A stretch of 64,000 bases of DNA, taken from assembly GCA_963706955.1 (NCBI GenBank), contig CAVPOC010000009.1, positions 69,339 through 133,338 on the forward strand, written 5' to 3'. A model generated the notes under the pieces. The model saw only the letters and a list, made by a program, of their open reading frames with translations. It did no database searches and was not told where the DNA came from. Of this stretch, positions 31,541-40,673 are shown piece by piece; the stretch's first letter is position 1, and every line of letters starts with the position of its first letter. The translations under genes and the position numbers were made by a program. The DNA comes from an uncultured Verrucomicrobiae bacterium (GTDB lineage: Bacteria > Verrucomicrobiota > Verrucomicrobiia > Chthoniobacterales > Terrimicrobiaceae).

Positions 31541-32731
31541 CTATCGGAGCACTCTTGTCGCGCGCAAGATGATCGCCTTTGGAATGATCAATCCCAGCGC
31601 TTTGGCCGTCTTCATGTTGACGACGAGCTCGAACTTGGTGGGCTTCTCGAACGGGAGATCATTCAGGTTCGTCCCCTTGAGAATCCTGTCCACTTGTAGG
31701 GCACCACGCCGGTAAGTGTCGGACACGTCCGGTCCATACGTGAGAAGAAATCCGGCTTCCGCGAATTCGGCTGCTTCACTGAACGTTGGGAGTTGATTGC
31801 TCGATGCGAAGCGCACGATCTCATCGAGATGCAATATCGTGAGCGTGTTCGTCGAGACGATTAAGGCACTGGGGCGATAGCTCTTAATCGCCGCGAACGT
31901 CGCAGGAAACTCTCGAGGGTGGTGCATTCCAAAGATGCGAAGCGGTATGCCGGTACTCGCGGCCGTAGCCCTGAGTCCCTTCGCTTCGACCATTGCTCCA
32001 GGATCTTCGGCATCAGTGAGTAGCGCGACGCGCTTAAGGCCCGGTAGTAGCTCTTTTGCCAATTCCAACCGCTTAGCCCCGGTCTCGACCGACTGCCACG
32101 ACACACCAGTGACGTTCCCGCCTGGCCTAGCCAGAGTGGAGGTCACTCCTTCGGCGATCGGATCGAACATGTCGAGACAGACAATCGGAATGGTGGTCGT
32201 GGCCTTGCGAGCCGCAGGTAGGGCCCTCGTGTTGACGACAAGGACGTCGATGCCAAGTCCCAGGAGTTCCGCGGCCAGCGCCGGTAGTCGGCTTGGGTCG
32301 CCATGATCATAGCGGACTACGAACGTCGCCGTCTGACGGTCGATCCAACCGAGGCCACGCATACCTTCCACATATGGTTGGCGGTAAGACTCGAGGCTCG
32401 GCTCGGTTCCGCTCCACAACTCACCTATCTTCGGAAGCGACCGACGCGCTTGTGCCATGGCAGGCTCGGCGCACAGGCACACGGCGACAAGGAACAAGAT
32501 CAGCAGTGCCCAGCGATCGATGCATTGGCGCAGAGCCGCGCGACCCCAGCGCGATGGCCGACCGACGCGCTCCGCAACCGACTCGCCTGCACCTTTCGCT
32601 GCCCTTAGCACTCGGCGGTTGGCATCGGTCCTCGTCGGGTTACCTCGGAGCGAGTCTTGTGCGGCCCGACAAGCAATTGAACCTACCTGTTCATCTCCGG
32701 GATTTGCGGACGTTTTCATGGAGGCGTCCAA
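31541..32731 (-). CDS. ABC transporter substrate-binding protein (ABC_sub_bind type); true start probably downstream of 32731
   Basis: LPALAAEL, ATTTIPIV, LARPGGNVTG, KRLEL, VDRILKG..LPFEKPTKFELVVNMKTAKALGL. Confidence 0.88.
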   Translation of the reverse strand: MDASMKTSANPGDEQVGSIACRAAQDSLRGNPTRTDANRRVLRAAKGAGESVAERVGRPSRWGRAALRQCIDRWALLILFLVAVCLCAEPAMAQARRSLPKIGELWSGTEPSLESYRQPYVEGMRGLGWIDRQTATFVVRYDHGDPSRLPALAAELLGLGIDVLVVNTRALPAARKATTTIPIVCLDMFDPIAEGVTSTLARPGGNVTGVSWQSVETGAKRLELAKELLPGLKRVALLTDAEDPGAMVEAKGLRATAASTGIPLRIFGMHHPREFPATFAAIKSYRPSALIVSTNTLTILHLDEIVRFASSNQLPTFSEAAEFAEAGFLLTYGPDVSDTYRRGALQVDRILKGTNLNDLPFEKPTKFELVVNMKTAKALGLIIPKAIILRATRVLR

Positions 32732-33064
32732 AGACGAGACTAAGCGCAGTTGGGTTCAGAGTGAAGAGAGAATTGTTTACGTGTAAGAGGAGCTTAACGC
32801 GTGCGGGCACTTGCTGTCGACCTGTGGGTAAACACGCGAGGTTAACTACCACAGATCAAATGCTTGTCGTCGCCAAAGATTTACAGACTCGGCGCAACAA
32901 AGCTTCGGTGGCGGCAACTTTTTACTTCAGGATGGCCGATTCGGGCAACTTCCTCTTCCGAGCTAAATATGGGGCATTTCCGGTGATTTCCTGATAATGC
33001 CTGTTCAGGCCCAAATTTTGGCAGATCGCCCGCGGATCCTCTATTTATAAGCTTCTCAGAGAAC

Positions 33065-33146
33065 TGCCGGCGGAGAGGATCGAACCCACACTCCCGAAGG
33101 GGACACGATTTGAGTCGTGCGCGTCTGCCAGTTCCGCCACGCCGGC
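33065..33146 (-). tRNA. tRNA-Leu (probably CAA); anticodon loop one base short, CCA not encoded
   Basis: GCCGGCG TGGCGGAACTGGCAGACGC G CACGA-CTCAAA-TCGTG, long variable arm, GGGTTCGATCCTC, CGCCGGC-A. Confidence 0.9.
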
Positions 33147-33432
33147 CTGGTTGACAACAAAGTAGTTTCCGGCATCCCGTGCTACTTTTGCGTCGTAAAA
33201 CGTAATGATAGGGAGCAAGCATGCGATGAGATTCGTTTCGGAGTTTTGATAGCCGCGAACGCAAAATCAGTGGACTGTGGAAACGGTGTCATCGGGACCG
33301 TTCTCGCTTGCTATTCCTGTCCGCCATCCGGGCAGTCGATGATCGCTCCTTCATCTCGCCCACCGCGCGCGTTGATGAAACGAGCAGTTCTCCCAATCTT
33401 TTAGAAACGCCAACACCTACACACCGAAAACC

Positions 33433-33798
33433 ATGAAACAGATCCTCACTTCCTTCAGAATCCTTGCCACAATCGCGCTACTCGCCCTAGCTGTAGGCTG
33501 CTCCAACCTTCCGAGCAAAGAAAAGTCGCTCGTTGCCGCCGGCTTTAGAGTAAGCGTGCCAAAGACCGCGGCGCAGCAACAGAAGCTCAAGAGCCTTCCG
33601 CCCGACAAGGTGTCGGCGATTCAGAAGGATGGGAAAACCTACTACGTGTTCCCGGATGTGGCACACAACCTGGCCTACGTCGGTGGCCAACAAGAGTACG
33701 AAACCTATCGCCAAATCCGCCGGCAGGAGAAAAAGGCCGAAGAGATCCAATGGAAAGAGAACGCCGAACAGATAGAGTGGGGAGGTTGGGGCTCCTGA
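33433..33798 (+). CDS. Hypothetical lipoprotein
   Basis: Signal peptide with lipobox LAVG-C. Confidence 0.75.
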   Translation: MKQILTSFRILATIALLALAVGCSNLPSKEKSLVAAGFRVSVPKTAAQQQKLKSLPPDKVSAIQKDGKTYYVFPDVAHNLAYVGGQQEYETYRQIRRQEKKAEEIQWKENAEQIEWGGWGS

Positions 33799-33837
33799 GG
33801 AGAGCGGGCATATGGATGGCGCGTGGCTGCCGGAGGA

Positions 33838-33927
33838 ATGAGTCGCGCTTTGAGCGCTAGGGTTGTCGATCACTAACTCCTTGGGGGCGTTGCCTCAGGT
33901 TCCTAATTGAAGCAGCGCCTTTGGCGC
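33838..33927 (+). repeat. About 90-bp structured intergenic repeat, copy 2
   Basis: ATGAGTCGCGCTTTGAGCGC...TCCTTGGGGGCGTTGCCTCAGGTT...CGCCTTTGGCGC. Confidence 0.65.
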
Positions 33928-34056
33928 CCCTTTCGGAAAGTTGGAAGTCCCGATCTTCTACGCTAAATCTGGGGCCAATTGTGGGGTGTTTCCGCTAGTT
34001 TACTGAGTCTTGCGAAATCACGCGCGAAGGCGCGGTTTAGCAGTATTCAAGACCCA

Positions 34057-34079
34057 TGCCGGCGGAGGGGATCGAACCC
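34057..34079 (-). mobile_element. tRNA-Leu 3'-end duplicate (att-like core)
   Basis: TGCCGGCGGAGGGGATCGAACCC matches 33065-33087 at 22 of 23 positions. Confidence 0.75.
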
Positions 34080-34198
34080 GCTTTGGTCGATGTTGTGGAT
34101 TGCGCGAAAACCGAGCTAAAACGGACAGTCTAAGCAGTTAAGCTGCCTAGCGGGCGATTGAGGCTCCTGCAGGAATTGCGCCGATATTCGCACACTGC

Positions 34199-34218
34199 GT
34201 GTCCGAAAGTGTCCGAAA
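34199..34218. repeat. Perfect 10-bp tandem repeat, candidate integrase arm-type site
   Basis: GTGTCCGAAA twice, 120 bp from the att-like core. Confidence 0.55.
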
Positions 34219-34273
34219 AGTTGGTGCTCGGCTCGCAACGCAAGCTGCCTCAGGCTGACTGATTCCGCTAATC

Positions 34274-35230
34274 TCACGCCGCGAGCAAGTCCTGGCCGCT
34301 CGCGCTTCGTTGCCGCACGTAGTTGTACACCCGACCGGCAATTTCCTCAGTCTCTTCCTCACTGAAGAGGGGGCGAGGCAGGGCTCGGTAAAGATTATCG
34401 AGGATGAACACGCGCACCTCTGCCTGCGTCGCGGCCTTCTGGGTCCATTTGTCCATGGGTCGGATCAGGTCGCGGAGCGACGCCAGCAATAACTTGCTGG
34501 CTTGCTTCACGCGCTCCCGGTCGGTCTTGCTGATGTCCTCCTTGAAAAGTAGATCGAACAATGCGAGCTCGCTGTCTGTCAGACCCTCCTCAGCGGCTCT
34601 CCGTTGCTCGGCGTCCAGGCTCGCGGCCAATTCGACGAGCTGTGCGAAGGTTGCCTCAACGGTGGCTCGGTCCTTCTCCCGGTTGTAGTCGACGATGATC
34701 TCCTGGTATTTCTTGTAGTAGTCCATCCGCATCGGGTTATGGGCGAGCATCTGAGCCAGCTTTTTCTCGACTACATCCCGGATGTCCTGCAATGCCGCGT
34801 ACTTCCGTCGAACCTTGATGACAAACTCGTGGCGGAGCTTCTCGAAGTCGATCTGACTCAGGTCCACCTTCAACCCCTCGGCATGGTCGTCGCCGGGTGC
34901 TGCAGCGCGAATCGCCTCGTTGACGATGCGGTGCAATTCCTTCAACACGTCGGTGACGTCGGCCGTGTCGCGCCGGTCCTGCAGCTTCTTGTAGATGGCC
35001 TCGATGTTATCGTGCCTTTCGGCGTAGGTCAGCGCGCATCAGCAGTGCCTTGAAGCGAATGAAGACCTGCCGTGCCATGATCTCGAAGCGGCGTTTCGCC
35101 TCATCCGAGGTGTAGAGCGCGTCGGCTGCGTCTCGAAGCGCTTCGATGCGATCAAACCCGCTTGCACCCCGGAGCCGGCCTGCGTCGAAGCCCAGGCCGA
35201 GCAGGTGCTTTTCCGCCGCTCCGATGGCCA
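34274..35230 (-). pseudogene. hsdR: Type I restriction endonuclease subunit R, C-terminal remnant (DUF3387 region), frameshifted
   Basis: EAKRRFEIMARQVF, VDLSQIDFEKL, NPMRMDYYKKYQEII..YN, EEGLTDSELALFDLL, WTQK; helicase part missing. Confidence 0.8.
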
Positions 35231-35476
35231 GCGGGACTGCGTGCGCCTCGAATGAATCGACCAAACAGCCCATATCTGCTGAAATCCACTATAATTCCAG
35301 TCCACTTCGAGGTAAGAACGAATACCACACCCAGGATTCGCCGCGGCGAATATGCTCCCCGGAAATGAGATCGGTCGTAATGGCTGAAAGCTGAGGATGG
35401 GTAATATTGAAGCCGTGCGCAAAGATGGCAGAGGCGAGGCAGGAAACTCGCGGATAGAGCGTCGGAGGAACCTGGA

Positions 35477-37783
35477 GTGGTGCGCACGGAGATCGACGCG
35501 GCCCACCATGCGGTGACGATCGATTTCGATCCGCGGCTGATCAGCGAGGAGGGGGTGCGGCACGTCGCGGAGAGGCTTGCGCCCCTGGGGCACCAGCAAT
35601 ACTGCAAGACGATTCTGCGCCTGGGAGGTCGCGCGTCCGGCGCAGCGGAACAGAAGATCGAGAACAAGGTTCAGAAGATCAATGGCATCCGTCGCGCGCG
35701 GGCCACGTTTCTCGGCGGTGTGATGACGGTGACCTTCGACGACGCGCGGCTTTCGGAGGCGCAGGTGGTCGAGCGAGTGCGGGAGGCAGGCGCTCCGGTC
35801 AAGCCCTACGCCGTGGAGGCCGAACGCGCGCCCGAAGGCGTTCGCGAATGGGTGGTGCATTGGACGACGGGCGATCGGCTCGAAGCCGTTTTTACGGCAC
35901 TGACATTCGTTTTCATGATCGCGGGGTGGGTAGCTGGGAAGTTCGGCGTGCCCTGGCACGATCTCTTTTATCTTGGGGCGTACCTTACGGGCGGCTACTT
36001 TGGGGTGCGGGCCGGCCTGCAGTCACTGCGGCAATGGACGATCGACGTTGATCTGTTGATGGTGCTGGCTGCGCTCGGGGCGGCGGTCGTGAACGCGCCA
36101 TTTGAGGGAGCGATGCTGCTCTTCCTGTTCTCGCTTTCCAATGTCCTGCAGGCCTACGCGATCGATCGCACGCGCAAGGCGATCAAATCGCTTATGAAGC
36201 TGCGTCCGGACAAAGCTCTGTTGCGGCGGGACGGCGGCACCAAGTTGGTTCCGGTGGGCGAGCTCGCCGTCGGCGATGTGCTCGTCGTCCGGCCCGGCGA
36301 GAGCATTGCGCTGGACAGCGTGATCATCGAAGGAACGAGCGCGATCGATCAGTCGTCGCTGACCGGCGAGTCGATGCCGGTGTCGAAGAAAGTGGGCGAT
36401 CCGGTCTTTGCGGGCACGATCAATCAGACCGGCGGGCTCGAGGTGCGCGTTGCCAAGCTGGCGAAGGATTCCACGATCGAAAAGCTGGTGCGCATGGTCG
36501 AGGAAGCACAGACCGAGAAGGCCGAGACCCAGCGCTTTCTCGATCGCGCCGAGCAGTTCTATGCCGCCGGCGTGATTCTCTTCACGATCGGGTTGATCAT
36601 TGTGCCGGTCGTGTTCTTGAAGGAAGCGTTTCAGCCCGCTTTCTACCGGGCCATGACCGTGATGGTCGTCGCGTCGCCGTGCGCGCTGATCATCAGCACG
36701 CCGGCGTCCATCCTCTCCGCGATCGGTGGCGCGGCGCGGCGCGGCGTTTTGTTCAAGGGCGGTGTCCATCTCGAACGCACGGCGACGGTGAAGGTCGTCG
36801 CGCTTGATAAGACCGGGACGCTCACCGAAGGGAAGCCGCGCGTCACCGACGTGATCGTCGGCGACCGTATTGTAAACTTTCGCAGCGATGCCGACGGGCC
36901 CGCCCTCGATTTGCTGCAGCACGCCGCAACCGTCGAGGCGAAATCCGAGCATCCTCTTGCGCAGGCGATTGTGTCCGAAGCCAGAGAACGCGGGCTGCCG
37001 CATGGGGAATGCTCCGGCTTTCAGTCGATTTCGGGCAAGGGCGCGAGCGGCCTTGTTGGCGGCCGGCGAATCGCGGTCGGCAATGCGCGTTATTTCGCGA
37101 CGCAAGAGATTTCCATTTCGGAGAGTTTCGCGCGGCAGGTCGCCGCCTTGCAGGATGAGGGGAAGACGTCCGTCATCGTGGCGGAGATCGACGAAAGGTC
37201 GGGCACTGCCCGCCTTCTCGGCGCCATTGCCATAGCCGACGTCCTGCGCGTGGACGCGGAACAAGTCGTGCGGCAGTTGAAAACGAACGGCATCGAGCGT
37301 GTGGTCATGCTGACGGGCGACAACGAGCGCGTTGCGCGAGCGATCGCGAAACAGGCGGGGGTCGATGAATTTAATGCGGACCTGCTTCCTGAGGACAAGG
37401 TGCGTGTGATCAAGAAACTGAAGGAAGAGATCGGGCCTGTGGCAATGGTGGGTGACGGCGTGAACGATGCTCCAGCGCTGGCGACGGCGACGGTGGGGAT
37501 CGCGATGGGAGCTGCGGGGACGGACGTTGCGATGGAGACGGCCGACGTCGTTTTAATGAGCGACAACCTGCAGAACATTGTCTTCGCGCTGGCATTGAGC
37601 AAGCACGCGCGGCGCGTCATTTATCAAAATCTTAGCTTCGCGCTGGGGGTGATCATCGTGCTCGTTATTTCTGCGCTGGGATTCAACCTTGTGCTGCCTA
37701 TCGGGGTTGTCGGGCACGAGGGAAGCACCGTGCTTGTTTGTCTGAACGGCCTGCGATTGCTAAGCTTCAAAACGGAGGCTTGA
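35477..37783 (+). CDS. Heavy-metal P-type ATPase, P1B-4 subclass (Co/Zn/Fe); start uncertain
   Basis: LTGES, SPC in TM4, DKTGT, SEHP, TGDN, GDGVNDAP, HEGST in TM6. Confidence 0.93.
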   Translation: MVRTEIDAAHHAVTIDFDPRLISEEGVRHVAERLAPLGHQQYCKTILRLGGRASGAAEQKIENKVQKINGIRRARATFLGGVMTVTFDDARLSEAQVVERVREAGAPVKPYAVEAERAPEGVREWVVHWTTGDRLEAVFTALTFVFMIAGWVAGKFGVPWHDLFYLGAYLTGGYFGVRAGLQSLRQWTIDVDLLMVLAALGAAVVNAPFEGAMLLFLFSLSNVLQAYAIDRTRKAIKSLMKLRPDKALLRRDGGTKLVPVGELAVGDVLVVRPGESIALDSVIIEGTSAIDQSSLTGESMPVSKKVGDPVFAGTINQTGGLEVRVAKLAKDSTIEKLVRMVEEAQTEKAETQRFLDRAEQFYAAGVILFTIGLIIVPVVFLKEAFQPAFYRAMTVMVVASPCALIISTPASILSAIGGAARRGVLFKGGVHLERTATVKVVALDKTGTLTEGKPRVTDVIVGDRIVNFRSDADGPALDLLQHAATVEAKSEHPLAQAIVSEARERGLPHGECSGFQSISGKGASGLVGGRRIAVGNARYFATQEISISESFARQVAALQDEGKTSVIVAEIDERSGTARLLGAIAIADVLRVDAEQVVRQLKTNGIERVVMLTGDNERVARAIAKQAGVDEFNADLLPEDKVRVIKKLKEEIGPVAMVGDGVNDAPALATATVGIAMGAAGTDVAMETADVVLMSDNLQNIVFALALSKHARRVIYQNLSFALGVIIVLVISALGFNLVLPIGVVGHEGSTVLVCLNGLRLLSFKTEA

Positions 37784-37910
37784 AGCCGTTGATGGTTGAT
37801 CCGCTTACGCCAAGGCTTCGGCAGACGAATGGATTTTTCGAAAGACCCAATCTGGCCATCTGGTGTAATCCGTGGATGTAAACGACTGTTGAGGATTGAG
37901 AGTTGATGAT

Positions 37911-38384
37911 ATGAACCCTGCACATTGGCACTTGATGCTGAATCACGTTCCCGTGCTCGGCACGGCCTTCGGCATGGCGCTGATCGCCTGGGCGCTGGTC
38001 AGAAAGAGCGAGGAATTAAAGAGGGTCAGCTTGGGAGTCTTCGTTATCATCGCCCTACTGGCGATTCCAGCTTACCTCACGGGCGAACCTGCCGAAGAAA
38101 TCGTCGAACATCTGCCCGGCGTTAGTGAGGCCTCAATCGAAGAGCACGAGGACGCGGCGAAGTTCGCCTTTGCCGGTGTCCTGGTGCTCGGAGCCGCTGC
38201 CTTAGGCGGACTAGTGATTTTTCGGCGCGGCAGACCGGCTCCGACCTGGGTCGCCGTTGTCGCGCTGGTGTTGTCCGTAATCGTCTTTGCCATGATGGTG
38301 AGAACGGCAAATCTCGGCGGGCTCATACGGCATCCGGAGCTAAGGTCAGACTTCCATGCGCAGGCTGAAGGAGTTGATAGTTGA
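37911..38384 (+). CDS. Membrane protein, DUF2231-like
   Basis: HWHLMLNHVP, YLTGEPAEE, HEDAA, ANLGGLIRHPE; four TM segments. Confidence 0.75.
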   Translation: MNPAHWHLMLNHVPVLGTAFGMALIAWALVRKSEELKRVSLGVFVIIALLAIPAYLTGEPAEEIVEHLPGVSEASIEEHEDAAKFAFAGVLVLGAAALGGLVIFRRGRPAPTWVAVVALVLSVIVFAMMVRTANLGGLIRHPELRSDFHAQAEGVDS

Positions 38385-38891
38385 TCTACCTTCGCCCTGC
38401 GGGCTACGGCGGACAGGTAGGTGATGGCTGATAGGATCCCCGACTTGTTCGGTGGGACGGCGAATCGTGCACGGCGAAAAGCGTCCCGGTCCAAAGGGTT
38501 TCGTAACGCTGATTGTTTCTTGATCGTCGGCGTTGCAACTGCCCTTTCCGGCCCGATCGCACTCGAACTCACCGGCGGAAGCGTCAAAGGCGATCTGGTT
38601 TCCTGGAATGGCCAACAAGCGGTCGTCAAAGCCGAATTCGGCTCATTGACCTTCAAGCGCGAGCAATTGAGTCAAGCCACGCTTCAGCGACTTGATCTCC
38701 TGAGTGGTAATCCTCAGAACTTGGGCTCGCATCGCCGAGCAGAAGGAACGGTCGAAAGGCTGCGCACGGATAACGACGAGCTTCGGCAACGATTCAGGCC
38801 GCCTGCGAGTAGCCATCGATTCAATGGGGCCGCGTTTTTGTGAACGCGGAAGGCTGGATTAACAGCGTGGTCGCCTGGGCTTTGTTCGACA

Positions 38892-39557
38892 CTAATACTC
38901 ATCTGGGAGCTTGTACGTGTAGTGATGCTTGCCCAACTGCACGTCGGAGTCAGGTGAGCTAGACTCGGTTGGGCGCTGGCGCGGACTAGCTACGTCAGCA
39001 GCCGTTTTGTTGCTGGTGACTATAAATGTTTCCGTTAGCTTCTTTGGATTGAGCATTCCTCTGGCCCGTGAGCCATCAGCCAAGATGATCCTGACACGGT
39101 ATTGGAACTCAGAAACAAGCTCCTCAATGATAAGGATGATCCTGCCCTCGTTGTCCTCGGTTAGATGCGTTGCGGCAGATGCGCCGTGACTTGATGATCC
39201 AAGAACGAATGCATCTCCGGGTCTTAACTGGTGAATAAGGGACCCGCGAACTCCCTCGTAGAAGTCTCTTTTCAGTTTCGCGTATTTCTGGTTCACAAAG
39301 ATCTCCTTTAGCCCTCGCTTGAATCGATTTTCTGATTCGCCCGGCCTGTCGAAGTCATACCGTGTATCGAAGAGGTTGCCCACGAGCTCTATCCCTTGGC
39401 AGAGGACAGCGTACGCGTAGAAAGGAAATCCCTGCTCGCATAACTGTTGCAAGTCAGGTCCCAGGACATTCTGGAGGTAGTCTGGAGCAGTTAGCGTGCG
39501 CATGGCGTCTGTAGAACGTTGCGTAAGCGGAGTAAAGACCCTATTCGGAATCGTCAA
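38892..39557 (-). CDS. Hypothetical protein with HEPN-like RxxxxH motif
   Basis: Helical LCQGIELVG...RF...YEGVRGSLIHQ; more AT-rich than flanks. Confidence 0.6.
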   Translation of the reverse strand: MTIPNRVFTPLTQRSTDAMRTLTAPDYLQNVLGPDLQQLCEQGFPFYAYAVLCQGIELVGNLFDTRYDFDRPGESENRFKRGLKEIFVNQKYAKLKRDFYEGVRGSLIHQLRPGDAFVLGSSSHGASAATHLTEDNEGRIILIIEELVSEFQYRVRIILADGSRARGMLNPKKLTETFIVTSNKTAADVASPRQRPTESSSPDSDVQLGKHHYTYKLPDEY

Positions 39558-39699
39558 GGATAAGTGGCGTGTTCGCGGGATAGGGAAACGGACTCTTTCC
39601 TGACTTTCGCTCTTCCGTCACAAACGACCAACAGGCCGTCTGACACCTTGCTGCAAACACGTCTTCGGCGCTTATGATCAGCTTGAGCCATCTGGCGGT

Positions 39700-39803
39700 T
39701 GGCCTGGTTGGCATTTCTCGCGCTGCCGACGCCAACCGCCTTCGCCATAACGCGTGAAACTTCCGCCGGAGTGTAGAACTGGCCGTTGCTCTTGCCGGAC
39801 TCG
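39700..39803 (-). pseudogene. hsdM: Type I R-M methyltransferase HsdM fragment
   Basis: ESGKSNGQFYTPAEVSRVMAKAVG, the GQFYTP motif, with no full-length gene around it. Confidence 0.75.
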
Positions 39804-39876
39804 CACGATAGTGAGTTCGCTTCCTCTGCGAACCTCCTGGCTGCTACAATTGCACAGCGCGCAAGCGCTTGGAGTC

Positions 39877-39940
39877 GCCTAACGTCTGCGTTCAGGCGGC
39901 CCGTGCGTCTTCGCACGTCGCCTGCAACGCGTTGTTCGGC
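39877..39940 (-). mobile_element. Integron attC site
   Basis: R'' GCCGAAC, 5 nt, L'' GTT(G)CAGG, CGTGCG/CGCACG stem, L' CCTGAAC, 6 nt, R' GTTAGGC. Confidence 0.85.
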
Positions 39941-39960
39941 ATTCTCCACTGATCATAAGT

Positions 39961-40338
39961 TCACGGCTCATCGTAAACGACGGTGATCTGTCCGCGAGGA
40001 GCAAGCCACTTCTCGAAGAGACCACATACCAACCGCGGCTCGCGGTGAAACAGACTCACGCGAACAGCGAAGATCTTATGGAACCTTCGAGCACCAGGGT
40101 CGAACGTAAGGGCATCGGCGATATGGAACTCCGCCTTCCTAGCCTGGATATGATCTTGGTTACATCGGATGGCTGCCTCGATCATTTTCTTCGACTTGTC
40201 GATCGCGACAAGATGCCCCGCTCGGAGTCGGTCGCACACGTAGCTTGCGGCGACACCATGGCCGCAGCCGACCTCAAGAACTTGATCATCTGGATGGATT
40301 CGCATTCCTTCGACAATTTGTCGCAGGCGTTCACTCAT
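39961..40338 (-). CDS. Small class I SAM-dependent methyltransferase (gene cassette)
   Basis: VLEVGCGHG, AIDKSKKM; bounded by GTTCGGC upstream and attC downstream. Confidence 0.85.
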   Translation of the reverse strand: MSERLRQIVEGMRIHPDDQVLEVGCGHGVAASYVCDRLRAGHLVAIDKSKKMIEAAIRCNQDHIQARKAEFHIADALTFDPGARRFHKIFAVRVSLFHREPRLVCGLFEKWLAPRGQITVVYDEP

Positions 40339-40673
40339 GGTGATCTTTCACGGCCGAACGCCCGATTCGGTCTTTTCGATATCATGCCAACTCGGAGTTA
40401 TTCGCTAGTAAAAGACGCTTCTGGGGGTTTCATATTTGAAGAGCCATCTATCGGGAGGCGAACCTCAACTCAAGCGCGAGACGCGTGGGTCTCCTGTCAT
40501 TTTGTCGCAGGCTGCGTCAACAACTCAGGGCGCCGCCCTCGAGGAAGAAACGGCGCACCGCGTGAAAACAGCTATTCATAAGTTCTCTCTGATCTCCGAC
40601 CTGATGCGGAGAATCCGAGCTATCGCGCGTGAACCGATCTCGAGTCGGGCCCGCTCGGCCGTTGTGCCGAGTG

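Noticed and set aside
31527..31715. Plus-strand ORF opposite the ABC binding protein, and similar long antisense ORFs (e.g. 441..1400, 23140..24105, 29431..30510, 36023..37264)
   Set aside because: Shadow frames of well-supported genes in GC-rich DNA
32881..33000. Integrase remnant (PIFSSEEEVARI) next to the tRNA
   Set aside because: No catalytic R-H-R-Y motifs or extended similarity; kept only as part of the flank motif
38421..38843. Hypothetical secreted protein
   Set aside because: No credible start or family; probably a degraded fragment
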